Shown here piece by piece: positions 47,320 to 61,200 of a stretch of 64,000 nt of DNA; within the stretch, counting starts at the first letter, position 1; each line of letters opens with the position of its first letter. The notes below the pieces were generated by a model. The model was not told where the DNA came from. It saw only the letters and a program-made list of their open reading frames with translations, and ran no database searches. The stretch is from Pocillopora damicornis (lineage: Eukaryota): contig NW_020844576.1 of NCBI RefSeq assembly GCF_003704095.1, forward strand, positions 1 through 64,000. The letters are read 5' to 3'. The translations under genes and the position numbers were made by a program.

Positions 47320-50300
47320 GTATGCAAGATTATCTGCCTAGGCTGTGCGATGAGAGTGCTGATAGACTTCCCATAAGTGGCGTGCCTAATTTGCTGCTTT
47401 CTGGCCTCGACATCGTGTTTTAAAACAATCGAATTTCCTCTCAAAGCGAGGACAAGAAGGCTAGTCAATTTGCATGCACACAAAAGAGTGACAGTCGTAT
47501 CTGCCAATCTGACAAGTTTATAAGAGACGCACAGAAATTGAAAGAAAATAACTAATGCGGCATACTTGCATATTGCAAATCAGGTTTACATTTTGCCAAC
47601 ATAGTTTGCACAATCGTGTAGACAATACTGCCTTCATCCATCCCAGATACGCGGCAAAATTTCGCCTGGCAGGCTGCTTTCCGCACCATAACCAAGATAA
47701 CCTCAAAACTTCTCGTGACAAATTTATTCTGTCTACCGTCTGGCTGAGATTGTCTTGAATGTGACACGAGGTACCTACAATAAACCTGGGACAGGTCAAA
47801 CTCCAACTGTTAGGTTGAAACAGCCCAAATTTTTACGTCGATTTGTTCTCATGTGAGGTGCGTTCCGTTGTTGCTTCGTCCAAGCAAGAATCGATCAATC
47901 CTTTTTTTTCAATGAAAGGACGCAATGGGGCGAAAGTAAACAAAGTCAATTCGGAAATAACCACCAGCTTAAGGTAGTTCAAATAGACGCTAAAAATAAT
48001 GAGAGTACAAGTGACGGGTCATCTGATAACAAAGCCACAGCGGAAACGGAGACAGCCCGGCATGCAAGCTAAGGACATCAAAGCAATCAGCGATAAACGT
48101 GATCCTTGTAAGCTCGAAATTAAAGGGTTGATTATGCGGCACAAACTTTAACAGACTCCCGTCGACAGTAATAAATCTTCGTTGGAGTGACGGGGGGGGG
48201 GGGGGGGGTTGGAATAGGATAAGAAGGGAGGGGACGTGGGGTACGTAGTCTAAAGCTCACAACTTACTAAAGCTTCAATTTATGCTGAGAAAGGCGGTAA
48301 AATTTTTCGTATTTGTCGCCCAAGTTAAAAAGTCTACGGGAAGGCTGCTGTGTCTGTATTTCTCGATTGGCCTCTTCGTAAGGCCCGCTTTCGTTTGATT
48401 ACATCAAAAACAGGGGCATGTAGCCATTTAAAATGACTCTTGCTGTTTGTTACTTACAACAAGTTATACAAGACAACGATACCAAACCAAAACACCAACA
48501 GGAAAGCCACATTTTTATCTTAATAGAGCACTGGCCTCTCTGATACCAGGACTTATCTATTTAATCAAATTTTTTTTTGGCTGACGAGAACTGAAAGAAT
48601 GATAGACATCGGGTGATTCTCCTCGTCAACCCCAGAGAAGGGGAAAAAGTGAAAAGTTTCATGGTAAAACTTCGCCTTGATTGAGATTTTAAGACTACAG
48701 TAGTTATACTGGACGTTTGACATGTATTCAGTTCCCAGGTTTTCTTGTCGTTTCAGTTTGTTTACTTCTTATTACTTCTCCAGATGATATCCGTGATCAA
48801 GATAATAGACCCCTTTAACTGCACGGCCAGCTTTCTGCTAATTTTATCGTTTATTACATAATATCTGATCGTCTTCGAGACACTTTAATTGTTTTACCCA
48901 TGCAAATACCTCAAAGGCAGTTTTCCATACCTCCCAGTGCTCCTCAGCACTGGAATTCTCTTTCATTTCAGGCTTTAACTCTGCACAGTAAAAGTTACCC
49001 TTACTTTCAAATCATCACTGCATAGAAAACTTCACTGGGAGTACCCACCGAAGGACCACCGTGGACAATTTAGTCTTCGCAAATCTTAGCTGCTTTTGCA
49101 ATTTAACCAGCCAAAGAGGGTAAAAAGGACTCCGAACTAGCCTTCTCTCCCCACCACCCAATCAAAACCATGGTAACATCAAATCCCCCTCCTAATTTCC
49201 TTGGATTTTTTCCAGCAACCGATGAAACTTGCATTCACGCGATCTCGACTGCCAACATTGCAGATCCGATTTGAATTTTTTACAAGTGGTCACGATGATC
49301 CGATTTCATAGACTGAATTTACGTAAACACGACCAGAGCTCGATTGAGGCACCGTGAACTCCCGAAAGATGTTAAGCCAACATGCCGTTGTTTACCATTG
49401 ACTAATTATTCAGGCTGGTTATTTTTATACTGTCGGTGCCTGTTTAGAAACCTTTGAAGTGGTTCCGCCTCATTGCAATTGGACATTAGCCATCTCACTC
49501 AGGCAGACAGACACCCACGCTGGTCAACCGAGAGCTTGATTCACGGCGCTTACAGGGAAATTCTTATGTCCGGAAGGTTCTCGCGCTTCAAATTCCACCG
49601 CATAATTGTGATAACCTCTGCAATTCGGCTTGATGTTCCTTGAGCAATTTCTGACCAGATGAAGGCTTAGAATTGCTTACATTCCAACTTAAAGTGTCCG
49701 GTTACACATTAATTGTATTGCTTCATTCTTGGCATATTTCCACTTTGTTGTTTGTTCCATTCGAACGGCCTCAGAGGGGTCAATCAAATAAGTTCAAACC
49801 GTCCATACGCCGTTTAATTGATGACATTGCTACAAAATGTTGCTCAAGGTCGCGTCAATCCAGTTCGCCGACTAATGCGATTTAGTTTAAAAATATAGTT
49901 CCCGCCTTTGTATACGTAAAAAAATCACGCACCCATCGGAATTTCAACGTTAGAAATTCTCAGCGTAGGAAAAAATGCCCCTTTTAAAAAACGGACTGCT
50001 CTTTTTATCACATTTACTTCCTTTCTTAATAGCTGTCGATTTAGTTATTGAAAATGCTTAGTTCAGAATTTGACTCAAGTCATTACGCTGTTTATTGTAC
50101 TACCTGAATATTTCCTTGCTGAAGTCACGGGATTTTTATGCGAAGAATTTTCGTACACTGGACATGTGACTTCCCCTTCAAAACGACTCTTTGAATCGAA
50201 TCTTTCTGTCCCTCAGTCGGGATAAATTGATTCAATTTGGTTAATCCAAACTATTTTTCATGCACTAGTGCGTGATTGTTATTTTTTTTAAATTATTAAG

Positions 50301-53300
50301 TCCTCGAAGGATTGTAGCTGTGATCAAAGCACCTTCATTGCAACTATTTAATTCATGTTTCTCTTAAGTCACAGATCTGTACTTCATTATCACTCATCAA
50401 ACAAAGAGCACTAACTAATATTGGTTTGTATTTCAAAAAGCACCTAACCGTAAACGTGTTTACATGTCAAAAATATAAAGAGTACAAGTTTTCCCCTTAT
50501 AAACGTTAATTTGAAAGAAACACCCTCAGGAAAAAGATCGTCACTTTACTACAGCAATATAAAGCGCGCTTTTAATTTCAATGAAATCGATCACACCATG
50601 TTTTCCACTTCAAAGAGCACGTGTTTTCGGTGGGACCTTGCGCATGCCCACTGATTGCGCGAGGTAAGTTTAACAACGAAGAGTATAAACCGCCTAGAAC
50701 GAGCTACGCTAAGCTGGCATACAGTAGGCAATTCCAGTGACTGCCGCCAGATTTTGCTGTGATCCTACGCCACGTAGACATCTTGTTAAGGTAAATAATA
50801 ATGTGTAGTGGCATTCCACTAGGGCGGTCGTGCCAACAACATATTGCGTGAGTTCTTGATATGGTTTCTTTTTTCGGCTCGCTTCATGCAAACTACGGTA
50901 AGGTGCAAAAACACACCTTGGCATTAAAACTCCGATTCCTCCCTTTTTTCTTGGGAAGATTTCGCATCTTTTAGCCTATATCGGCTACACTGAATTAGGT
51001 GTTCAAATTTAAACATCACTAGAGTAACGAGGTTTACCCATACACACACCTCTCGTTCTCCGATGAAGGTTACGATTCGGAAAATGTCGTTTGTTTTGAT
51101 CCATTTCCAACAAAGCTCTCTTAGGCACGCGTTTGATAAATGCCGCAGAGATGGGCTTCCGAATTGCTTGAATTGCGTGCGGCTCGTGAAAGGCATCAAG
51201 CATTGTTTGGAAAAGGAAACAAATTAGTGCAATCACAAGGCTGTTAAAAAATATATATTTTTAGTGTTTTGAAATGGTCTTACACGTTTGTATAGAAGGT
51301 GTTGTAAATCGGCTAGTTTCCTCTTTACGTTTAGTGACGTTTTAAGTCGCTCAAATCTCTGCTTAAAGGTTGCATGCACTGAACTGCACTGATTCAACTG
51401 AGCATACAACGGAAAGCGTAACAAGGGACAATCAATTTATTCACTTAGATGTTAACTTTGTTACCACTCATAGCGTGACTACCATTGTTCATAGCGTCCG
51501 CTCAATATTACTGATTTTTGCGCGCGAAACTTATGATTCTGTTGACCAAAGAAGCCCTTTCTTCATTCGCGACTAACAGTATGTGTTCTTGTAAGCACTG
51601 AGCCATTTTCCGGGATGAGTGTCGTGTTTATGTCGGACAGAAGACACTACTTATGGTAACCAAATATGATTAGAATGCAGCTACATGCAAAAACAAATAT
51701 GTTAACCTGAGTGGCTCTTCAGAGTTTCGTCGGTCATGAATACTCACTCTACGGCCAGCCAAAAATACAAAGCACTTTTTATGCATCACCTTCTCTCTCT
51801 AAAGAGCCTTGTTGGAGTTTGTTTAGGTAAATTTGGCGGAAACGCTAAGCTAACTCTCTCAGGTCACGGTTATTTGGTTTCGCTCCTTTGTTCTGTCTGT
51901 ACTCCGAAGACCACGCGACGGCCAAGTCTCGGTGCAAACGATGTAAGGCAGCGTAAGAGAAAAACAAAACATCGAGTAAAGCTCATGTCAGTTCCGAATA
52001 AGTAATTCTAAATGAATACAAGCGATGTACTCTGTGTTTGTCATAAATCTTTCAATGATCTTCAGCTTTTATCGTTAACGTCATTCAAAACAGTGTACTG
52101 TGTTTAATATACATCACGAAATTGCATCGAATTGGTTTCGTGGATTAATTCCCGGTGGAACAACGTCGAAATAAAACTTGATCTCTATCATGAACTCCCG
52201 CAATTGTCAAGTTTGCCTTTAGGGAACGAATTCTTCAACTTCAAAGCAAGTCAAAATGAGGGCAAAGTTTGATTGTATGATTCCATGGATTCATGTGGTT
52301 TCGTATACGTTATTCCTTCAAGGTCATCTTTGGTACTTAAAATGGTTGAAGCTCTGGGAGGAGCATTCCTGAGTAAAGAGCTTCACACCGAAAAAACTCG
52401 CCAAAAGCAATTTGATGTGGGTTTCTCTTAACACTAGGTGTACAATGATTCCGTGACTTGAATGATACTTAATTGTACACGAAGAAAGTCGGGCGAGCAA
52501 ATGATTAACACCCCTCCATGCTCGTCGTGAATCTGATATGTCGTCGGCTTACAGCCTGGAGAAGTTCAAGCTACGGGACAATAAAAAAGATAAAATAAAA
52601 TACCAAAAAACAAAAAGAAAAAAAACGTGTTTCACGAGTGATCATAAAGAGTGGCTTCCAGCTTGGGATTCAGCTATGATCAAACTACGACTGATTCTTT
52701 TGTCGAGGTTACTACAAGGGGTTATTTAATACACGACTAATTTTATTTTTGTCCTTTCACGTTACTGCGAATAATCAGAAGTGCCAACAAATGTTTTGGG
52801 TGACTTCAGCAGTTTCTAAAAGACTCTGTGAGTGTAGTTGCGTTCGTACTCAAAACGCAGAAAGTGTGATTTCTAAACTTAATTGATCACATCTTAACAT
52901 GGCAATGTTTGGTAACATTAAAAGCTTGTATCGTAGTTGACTATGTGAACAATCATGTCTAGTTTAACTATTTCATGAAAAGGTCTTCTCTTACATCGCA
53001 AACACGATCGAGTAGCGCTTCATTTCTGTAGATACATCAGCACAAAGGTTGAAGCACAAGATTTAAACGCTTGATGGTTTAATGCCAAAATGAGTGAACT
53101 TCGAAGATATTTTTTGTCAATTCATTAATTCATGCAACAAAAAGCAATACACGTTTACCTCAAGGAGAAAGTAATCAATCGGCAAGACACACAACTTTTT
53201 TTCGCAAGCATCTTTACAATAAGTCTAACTAAATTGCGACCAAATCTACTTAGTGGCATTGCTACCATTGGAATCTATTGTGTTTTCCATGTTGGCACGG

Positions 53301-56300
53301 ATGAGTTTAAAAAACCAAACATTAGAATATTAATCTTGTATCTATTATGATCTTTATATTTTGCTTTAGCACTAAAAATCCGCGGCGACTGTTATCAAAC
53401 TGGAATTGAGATGGATATTTCTCGTCTTAAAATAAGATAGTGTTATTGTATGCACTACTTCGTTTAGCACCCTTGAGATGCATTGATGAAAGCAAAAAAA
53501 AGCTCTTTAGAGAAGCATGCGCTACACTTGTTTACTGCCAACAACACTCTGCGTGGAACTAAATGATAAAACTTAGCATTTTCATTTGTTCTCGGGATAA
53601 GTTGAGATTTTACTTCTCCAGCGTTGGATTGATTTAAGTTGAAAAACAATGAAAGCTTCCTTCAATGCAAATATCGACAAATGGGTTTCTAAAATGCAAA
53701 TAGCTTGAACAAGACTGAGGCTCTTTTTCGCGAAATTCAGTTTTCGTTTAAACCAAAACAAGAGTACATCTTTGCAGTTGACGTTGTTTTTTTTTTTTGC
53801 TACTCCTTGCCTCCGCTGGGCAAAACTCGATGTCCACGAGGTACACCTTGGTTATATACATCACAACGCATTGCGCATCTTTAACACAACTCTTAAACTA
53901 AGTGTGCAATCCAAAAGTTTAATAGTTATTTTCGCGCAAGATTTTCTCCGTGTCAGCTTCGAGGCTCATGTTTTGTCTTGAGCATTTCTTCAACAGTGGT
54001 TCTCGACGAAGAACTCACCACTAACTAGATAATCTAGTTGAACCCAATAAGGGGTCCGGCGTCTTTCCGGGCTTCATTCTTGTGGACAGCGCGGAGATAG
54101 CTTTGTGCAACTGCGCTATCAGTTCTATCTACTATTAAATCGAACAATAGTTACCTTCCTACCTGTACTGAAAACAAGGCACGATGTTTGAAAACTGAAA
54201 AGGAGTACGGCAAACGAATTTTAAAGCGGCTTTGGAAGGTTTCTAAACTTCACTGTGAGAACAGTTTTATGTGTTGATCACTAGAAATCAATACATCCTA
54301 GATGAACCACCCTGAATCGCCGTAACATTTTGAACACCTGGTTGCATACATGTCGAATGTACCTTACAGTATTTTAACTCGAGTTTATTCGAATCTCTGA
54401 CGTATGTTTCGAATGAAACTTTTACCTCGTGGAGGAAGGCCAATTCTCTATTTTGAAACAAGTTCTGAAATTGTCCTCCTCCTTACCTTAGCCCGTTTCT
54501 TTTTTGAAAAGTTAAGTCATCTATTGGTGTATTTCATTCTTACACTCTTCTTTAGATTATTTTCTGAGGTTATCCCTTGAGATTTCGCTTTGAACACTTC
54601 TCGATGATAGCTAACAATGGAATAAGGTTGTAGTTATGTTGTGCCTTATCGCAGTCTCTCGTCAGTCACATCTGTAACGCCTTTTTTTAATAAACAACGG
54701 ATTTTAAGACTTAGACTTTAGAGCTTAGCATTTCTCATCTAAGAAAAAGGGTTTTATTTCAAGGGAGAGTATTTTTGAGTGAGTAATTATAGTCAACACA
54801 AACGTTAAGAAGGTGCAGAACATAACGGGTATTTTGTTAGCTGTATGGAATCATTAACACTGCAATGCGGAAAAACTTAAAGCAGTTAGCTTAAAATTGT
54901 AGTTTTCATCACAGAGCAAGTGTTGATAAATCGGCCAGCAGGTCAAAATCTCCAAAAGCGTCAAGAGAAGAACCAAACCGGGATTATGTCAGCTGAATAC
55001 AATGATTACAATTTAAAAAATATGAAATTGTACTCGGTAAATTTGCAATTCCCTTTTTTATCCATGGAGCAAGTACTTCTAAATGTGTCGAAATTAAAAT
55101 TTCTGAATGTAAAGACAAATCAGAAAAAAATAGTTGAACGCCCTTGTTAACTGGAACATATTCAACCCCGAAAAGCTTATTAAGAATCTATTTACGTTAT
55201 CGAGAATGTTCAAAACAGTATTTGAAGGTGTAAATTTTGTCAAAAGGAGCCATACCGTCATTTTAGGTCTTACCGTGAATTGTTTAAAAGATTCCACAGA
55301 AGCACATGCCTATTTGTAGGTAGATAGGTTATTTAACTTGCTCTTAAATATGTTTCAGCCTCTCCATATTTCAGCTTTGTTCTTTTCGTATTTTGAGGTA
55401 GAGAAAAATGAATGAGAAAATTTTTCCCCAGAGAATTCAAACCTCCACCGTTTACAGGAACGTATAAGACTAAGAAATATTTTCGTTATAGCGATTGAAT
55501 CACATAGACAAAGTTTAGTACATTAAAAAAAATCTTTTATGGTGAACTGGATAGGATCTTTTTTTCTCTATGTGACATATAAAAGATTGTATAATACATC
55601 TTCTTAAATTAATTTAAAACGATTGAAAAATTTTGCGATGTTTTTAAGCTCCTCCATAACATTTCGAGATAGAAGAATATTCCTCCCGTCACATTTCGCG
55701 TTCATGGCAGGTCTCGGAAAATTACCAATTAGAAGAGTTTTAACAACTTTTTGTTTGTGTAAAATAACAGTAAACACATCATATAAATGTGTCAAAGTCA
55801 AGAATTATTTAAACCTTTTTCATTAGAAGGACCGGCTCAGCTTTGTTTCAAGACCTGTCATCTATACGATCCAAATTCTGATCCCTAGGGCAAGGAAAGG
55901 GAAATAATGGCCAAAAATACTTCAAAGTGCTCTCGGATTTGTACAGTAGTTTATCACTTCACAAACTTTAACGTTATTTAGTATAAAGCGCACACAAGGC
56001 GTCGTTTAAAAATAGCGTGGAAATTTTAATTGGCTTTCAGGAAAGCTATTCTTTTTGTAGCCGAATCACGATATTCATGATTTCTCCGGGTGTTTTTGTT
56101 TCTATTTGAAGCTCGCGTGCATTAAATCTTTACACGAAACAGGTCGGTAATAGATAACTCCTATGTTTGTCTTTGAAATTATCACCATCTCAAAGAGACC
56201 CTATCGTTGAATCCCAAACAAGGCGTCTAAGAACAACCTCAGAAATATTTCATGCGTGTTTAGATGGTGGTAAATGGAAATCAAACGATTTCAAAGAGAG

Positions 56301-57199
56301 TCTTTCATCAATTATTCACAGAAATCACTCTGGCGTAGCGAGTGATTCCAAAGGGCCGCTCTTTGTTCCCTCTGCAATCTAACGGTTTGTTACTGGAAGT
56401 GTAGCCTACATATTCACGCTGCTTTCAACGGTTACCTCAAAAGGGTTCCTGAGCCTGACTGCTGCGACAAGAAGGTAAAACACTGCATCTGACTCGTCGC
56501 GCCAAAATCGTTACATCTTGTACGCGTAAATGCGTTTATGCGGTGCTAAAATATTTTGAATACTGAATGCGCTTCACCATTTGTTTTCTACCTCCCCTCT
56601 AGCTTAATACTTTGTAGCCATTTTGTATTTGTTTACAAGACTTGTAGGGCCACCCAGAGATTTTTATCCTCTCAATGCCGGCCCTCTGCCAAAAGTCCTA
56701 TCACTCACTAGGCACATCGCCGTATTAAGGTGATGTCGCAAAATCACAGCGACCACAACGCATCGAAACAGTCTATTTGCACCTACGTTCAGAAATAGGA
56801 AAAGGAGGCACGGTTATTCTGGATAATTTCCAGATTGGCGTGCAGAGTAAATAATTTCAGTAGGGAAGTTAAAGTAATTAGGAAACAAACTGCATATGCA
56901 ACCGGCAGTTATCTGGAGAAAGAGAACCCCTCTTGGATATCAGGCTTCTCAAACTGTTGTACAAGTGATGAGATTTGATGAGATTAGCTTAAGTGCTAAC
57001 TCATTTTATTTCTCGGCCATAACAGCGTATGCCTGTTTGTGCCCTCGTGGTGATCTCACTTCTGTTCACTTTTCAACGTTCATTCGCGCAGCAGATATCT
57101 CGCAGCAGATTCAGCCGCGTGTTTAGAACCACTTGGGAAGCGAGCTTCATTCAATGGTTAGGCCATTGTTACGGAGAACGACAAGTAAACAAACCGAAT

Positions 57200-57700
57200 G
57201 CGCCCATCCGATTGGCCCGGCACTTGTCAAGCACAAAGCCTTGCTGACAGTTGATAGGGTTTAATTGTTCGTTATTATTTGTATGCTTAGCGACGCCATG
57301 CAGAAACTTCACACAAAAGCTCTGTTCCTGGCTAACAATCCTCGCTGTACAATGGCGGACGGCTTCGCTCACCGATAGTTTACGAATTCCCGCGATCGCC
57401 GCCAGCGGGATTCCCGTCTCACTGGCGCTAGTTCTCTCTAAAATAAATCATTTACCAATTAGCGGCCCCCGCTGTAGAGCTTTCCCGCCGGGCCGCTCAT
57501 TGGCTGAAAGGCAATCACGTGCTCGCCGCCTGACGAAAGGGTACCTTTCACTTCGCTTGTGATTTGATGATCGAATTCGCGACTAAGGAGTTTGCGTGTT
57601 GTATCTAGTTGACGTTGAGAGGTTAGCTGATCGGAGCAAGTTTACATGCTCTGTGCGTGTGGCGGGAAAAGAAGATCGCATGGCGTCACGGTATATATCA
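57200..57700 (+). promoter_or_regulatory. CpG-rich promoter with E2F, CCAAT and E-box motifs
   Basis: TTTCCCGCC at 57481, GGCGGGAAA at 57661, TTCCCGCG at 57387; CCAAT/ATTGG at about 57211, 57455 and 57499; CACGTG at 57516; lies directly upstream of the 58190 exon. Confidence 0.7.
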
Positions 57701-58246
57701 TAAAGACATTTGGATCTGCAATCGATGTTACTATATAGGCAGTTTCTCTAAATAAGGGTAAAGCACCAACTTCTACACAGTTTATTTCTTAGTAGGAGAT
57801 AAGCCTTGTTGTGATCCGTTCGTAGATTTCTGCCGCATTGAAGCGATCCGTGGCCACGTGTGTGTGTGGTTTGTTTACGTCCGATCGACTAGCCCTTGCG
57901 TCCGCTTTCTACTGAAATTAAAGCTCGATCAAAACAAATTGGCTGTAAAAATCGGTACAGTTGACGCACATTGCTCACAGAGCTTAACAGGTTAGTAGTC
58001 AACGCGGGGGAACGCGTCGGGAGGATGGTGGTTTGTGTCAGGAAAGAGCGGCATTTTGAAAACATGTTTGTGGCAGAGTGCATTTTCGCGTTAGAAAATT
58101 CAACCAAATCCGGCCATTAGGTGGATGCTCTAGTATCTTGTTTAAATGTTGAATTGACCTAACCAGTATTTTTGTCAATTTCCTTTTAGATTCGGGGCAA
58201 CTGGAATGAAGAGGCCCTCGATCGCTTGTAGGATTGTAGGCGTATA

Positions 58247-61200
58247 ATGAGCGATTCATTAGTTCAGGTTCTAGAGACATCAACGATGACAACTGATCGA
58301 ACAAGCAACAAAGATCGTACGCATTCCAAGGATGGTGAATCGCACGCCTCTCACGGGCCGCACGACCCAGCAGCGCCTCAGGATCACGCGAGTAGGGAGC
58401 TACCAGAAGGAGAAACGCTGGAGGAACGCGAAACGCCTACCGCGGAGGCTGAAAATCGCAACCAAAACGGACAGGAAAAGGATGACAAGAAGGTACCTTC
58501 CTCTAAGAGTATTCCTGTAGTATGCCACATCCGTTCATCATGTGACATGCTGTACGTTGATCTTCATTGCTTCTTATAGAACGCTGTTAAAAGCCAGAGC
58601 GCAGTATTCGGTGTGTTTTGCTTTCATTTTAGTAAGCTAGCGTTTATTGCACGATCATGAATAATGAAATCTTGGCAGTGTTTGTTGGTTTTGTTCGCGT
58701 GTTACGGCAACCGTGTTGCCGCGAATTCCCCACATTCCCGCGTTTTCGGTGTCATTTGTATACAAAATCGCAAAAGATAATTATTTGGCTCTACGAGAGC
58801 TGAGCCGGTGAAATCTTTGAGCAGTAGTCGTCCTGTGATTGTGCTTGTGTTGTAAGATTGTAATTTCCCACGGCACGGCTTTGTTGGTGTCGATCTTTTG
58901 TGCGTAGCAAACATTTCACTGAAAGCTCTTTCTTCCAGCCACCACCGAGCGTGTGAAGCAGCGCGGACTAAATGTCTCTTAACCACACCAGATCTTGTCC
59001 TTTTGCTGGGTCACAATGTTCCAAGGAACATTCTCTACACTTACAAATGAAATTTGAGTTACGATTTTGCAAAGATATCGGTGGTATCCGCTTATGGTTA
59101 GCGTATAGGATCACAGTTCTCGCGTTACTAGTACTGAGTAAAGCAAATGACAAAATTTGTCATTAAATCATGTTGTCGTCGCTATTTTATCCGTGAGGAC
59201 CCCTGTTTCGATCGTCTGGTTGTTTTCAAGTCTTTTTATTCGCGTGATTTCGTTACTACGTAGAGTGCTCTGCGTCGGTGAATCGTCGTATGCGAGGTAA
59301 ATATTTAGCCTGATTAAAATGAGCCGCTGGTTGTGCTGCACTGCGTAGCTGTGTACCGTAAGTAATGTTTACATCAGCCGTCATTTCCCTTCTTTATTTT
59401 AACCCTTTCTGTACAGAAATAAATTTACAAGAAAAAAAGAATATGTCTTTCTCCTGCTCATCTTCACAGATTTTTTCGCGACAACGAGCAGTTTAAGCGT
59501 TGCGGTGAAATTAAGTTAGTCTTCACGTAGAAATTTCGGAGTCTGCCTATATCTCTGCTGACTCTCCGTGTCTTTGTTGATGATACGTAGTATCAGATAA
59601 GTCATTCGATGGCATTGTGACGGCCGTGAACTGGTTTTGCTGACGGAAGTTAGGCTTTTACGACAAAAGTTATGCGTGACTTATTCAAAGCCGTCAACGA
59701 AATTATCGTGAAGCCCGCAAAGCTTGCTAATTTACATTCTACAGTACACGGTTTTCAATGAAGCTGCCTATTTCGGATTGATGACGTTTTAAATCTCCAA
59801 CCATCGTGAACATCCCTTGTAGCGAATTCATTGCTCACCTATTAGACAGTTTTAGGATTCTGGGCGCTAGGAGATTTCTGGAGTTTGTAAGAGAGGGATT
59901 GATGGAAGATTCGATAGGTTTAATTGACTTCAAATTACAATCATAGCTTCGACGCCGTTCATCTTGTTTTGTCAATAGGACATCGGAAGTTCTTTAGTCA
60001 CGGGAACTTTTTGTTTACCCTTGAATCCCGCCGAAAAAATCTGGTTTCCGGATCTAAAAAGCTTCGTTACTGCCCTATGTGGTCCGGGAAATTTTGATCG
60101 AAACAAATTTAGATTCAGTCTAGAGAATCTTCTTTGAGACCGTTAAAGCGACTTCCTCCGGATTAAGTTGATAAATTGAATGTAATTTTATATCGCTGTT
60201 TCGTTTCTCGCCAATGCACGCCAATTTGTCATTACACAGCAGTCTGAAGTAAAGACGTTAGTTTTCGGATGTGTTTTATTTTGCTGTATTTCCCTAGTTT
60301 TATGTTCGCGATAACGAGATTCTGGCCCTATGTATAATCTTAGTTTTAGCTGTTACCTCAAGTTTTTATGAATTTTGTTCTTACAAGCTAGGCGTGTTTC
60401 TTTTCCCGGATCGTGAATCGTCTTAAACGTTTCTAAAAGCCTACCATATTTTTCAATTTGTTTCTCTGCTTCATGAGGAAAATAAGAGTAAACAATACTC
60501 AAGAATAAAATTAGTGCGATATGTGACTTAGTGAGCCACGCTAAGCGCAATATACCAGAATCAATACACACTTGCAACATTTTTTAGCTGAGTTAGAGGC
60601 GACCTTGGAGCAGTTTTCTTTCCTTTCACAATAAGCTCTATAAGCATTATAGAAACGTTATTTAGGCTTTCTCCAAAACTGTGTATTTGGATAGTTAATC
60701 GCTCACAAGAATATCCTCCGTGAGTTGTTAGTGTTTATGTTTGTGCATTTACGAACAGAATTTCGCGAAATCGTGAGTTGAGATAAGAAAAACGCTCGTT
60801 ATCGGAGTGTTCTCCGTTTTCGCTGTTTACCTAGGAAATGTAGATATCACGAAATAACCCTCAATTATCAATGTCTTAAAATTGACCCAGCGTTTTCAAT
60901 AAACTTACGTACTCCAAGTAAAATATTTAATGGATATCAAGATATTTACGTTGACGTTTTACAGCTACCCTCTCGCGGTTTCCCTGTCAAATTCATTTTT
61001 TCGTGCATTGGAGACTTCTGAGGAAGCAATTTTTCGTTTTAAAACTTTTCCCTTTCAGAATTTTTAAAGGCTGCGTTATGTTCAATTTACTTTGGCTAAT
61101 TAGACTCAAATTTCAGTGACAAATATTGTCGCCGAGACCGTGTCAGTCTCCCAAGGCTGAAATTCAAGTCCAGGTTTGGCTAAATGAAATTAAGGCTTGA

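Noticed and set aside
47518-47806. Overlapping ORFs with minus-strand splice-like borders
   Set aside because: No recognisable protein and no partner exons found; might be a decayed element but I cannot support a call.
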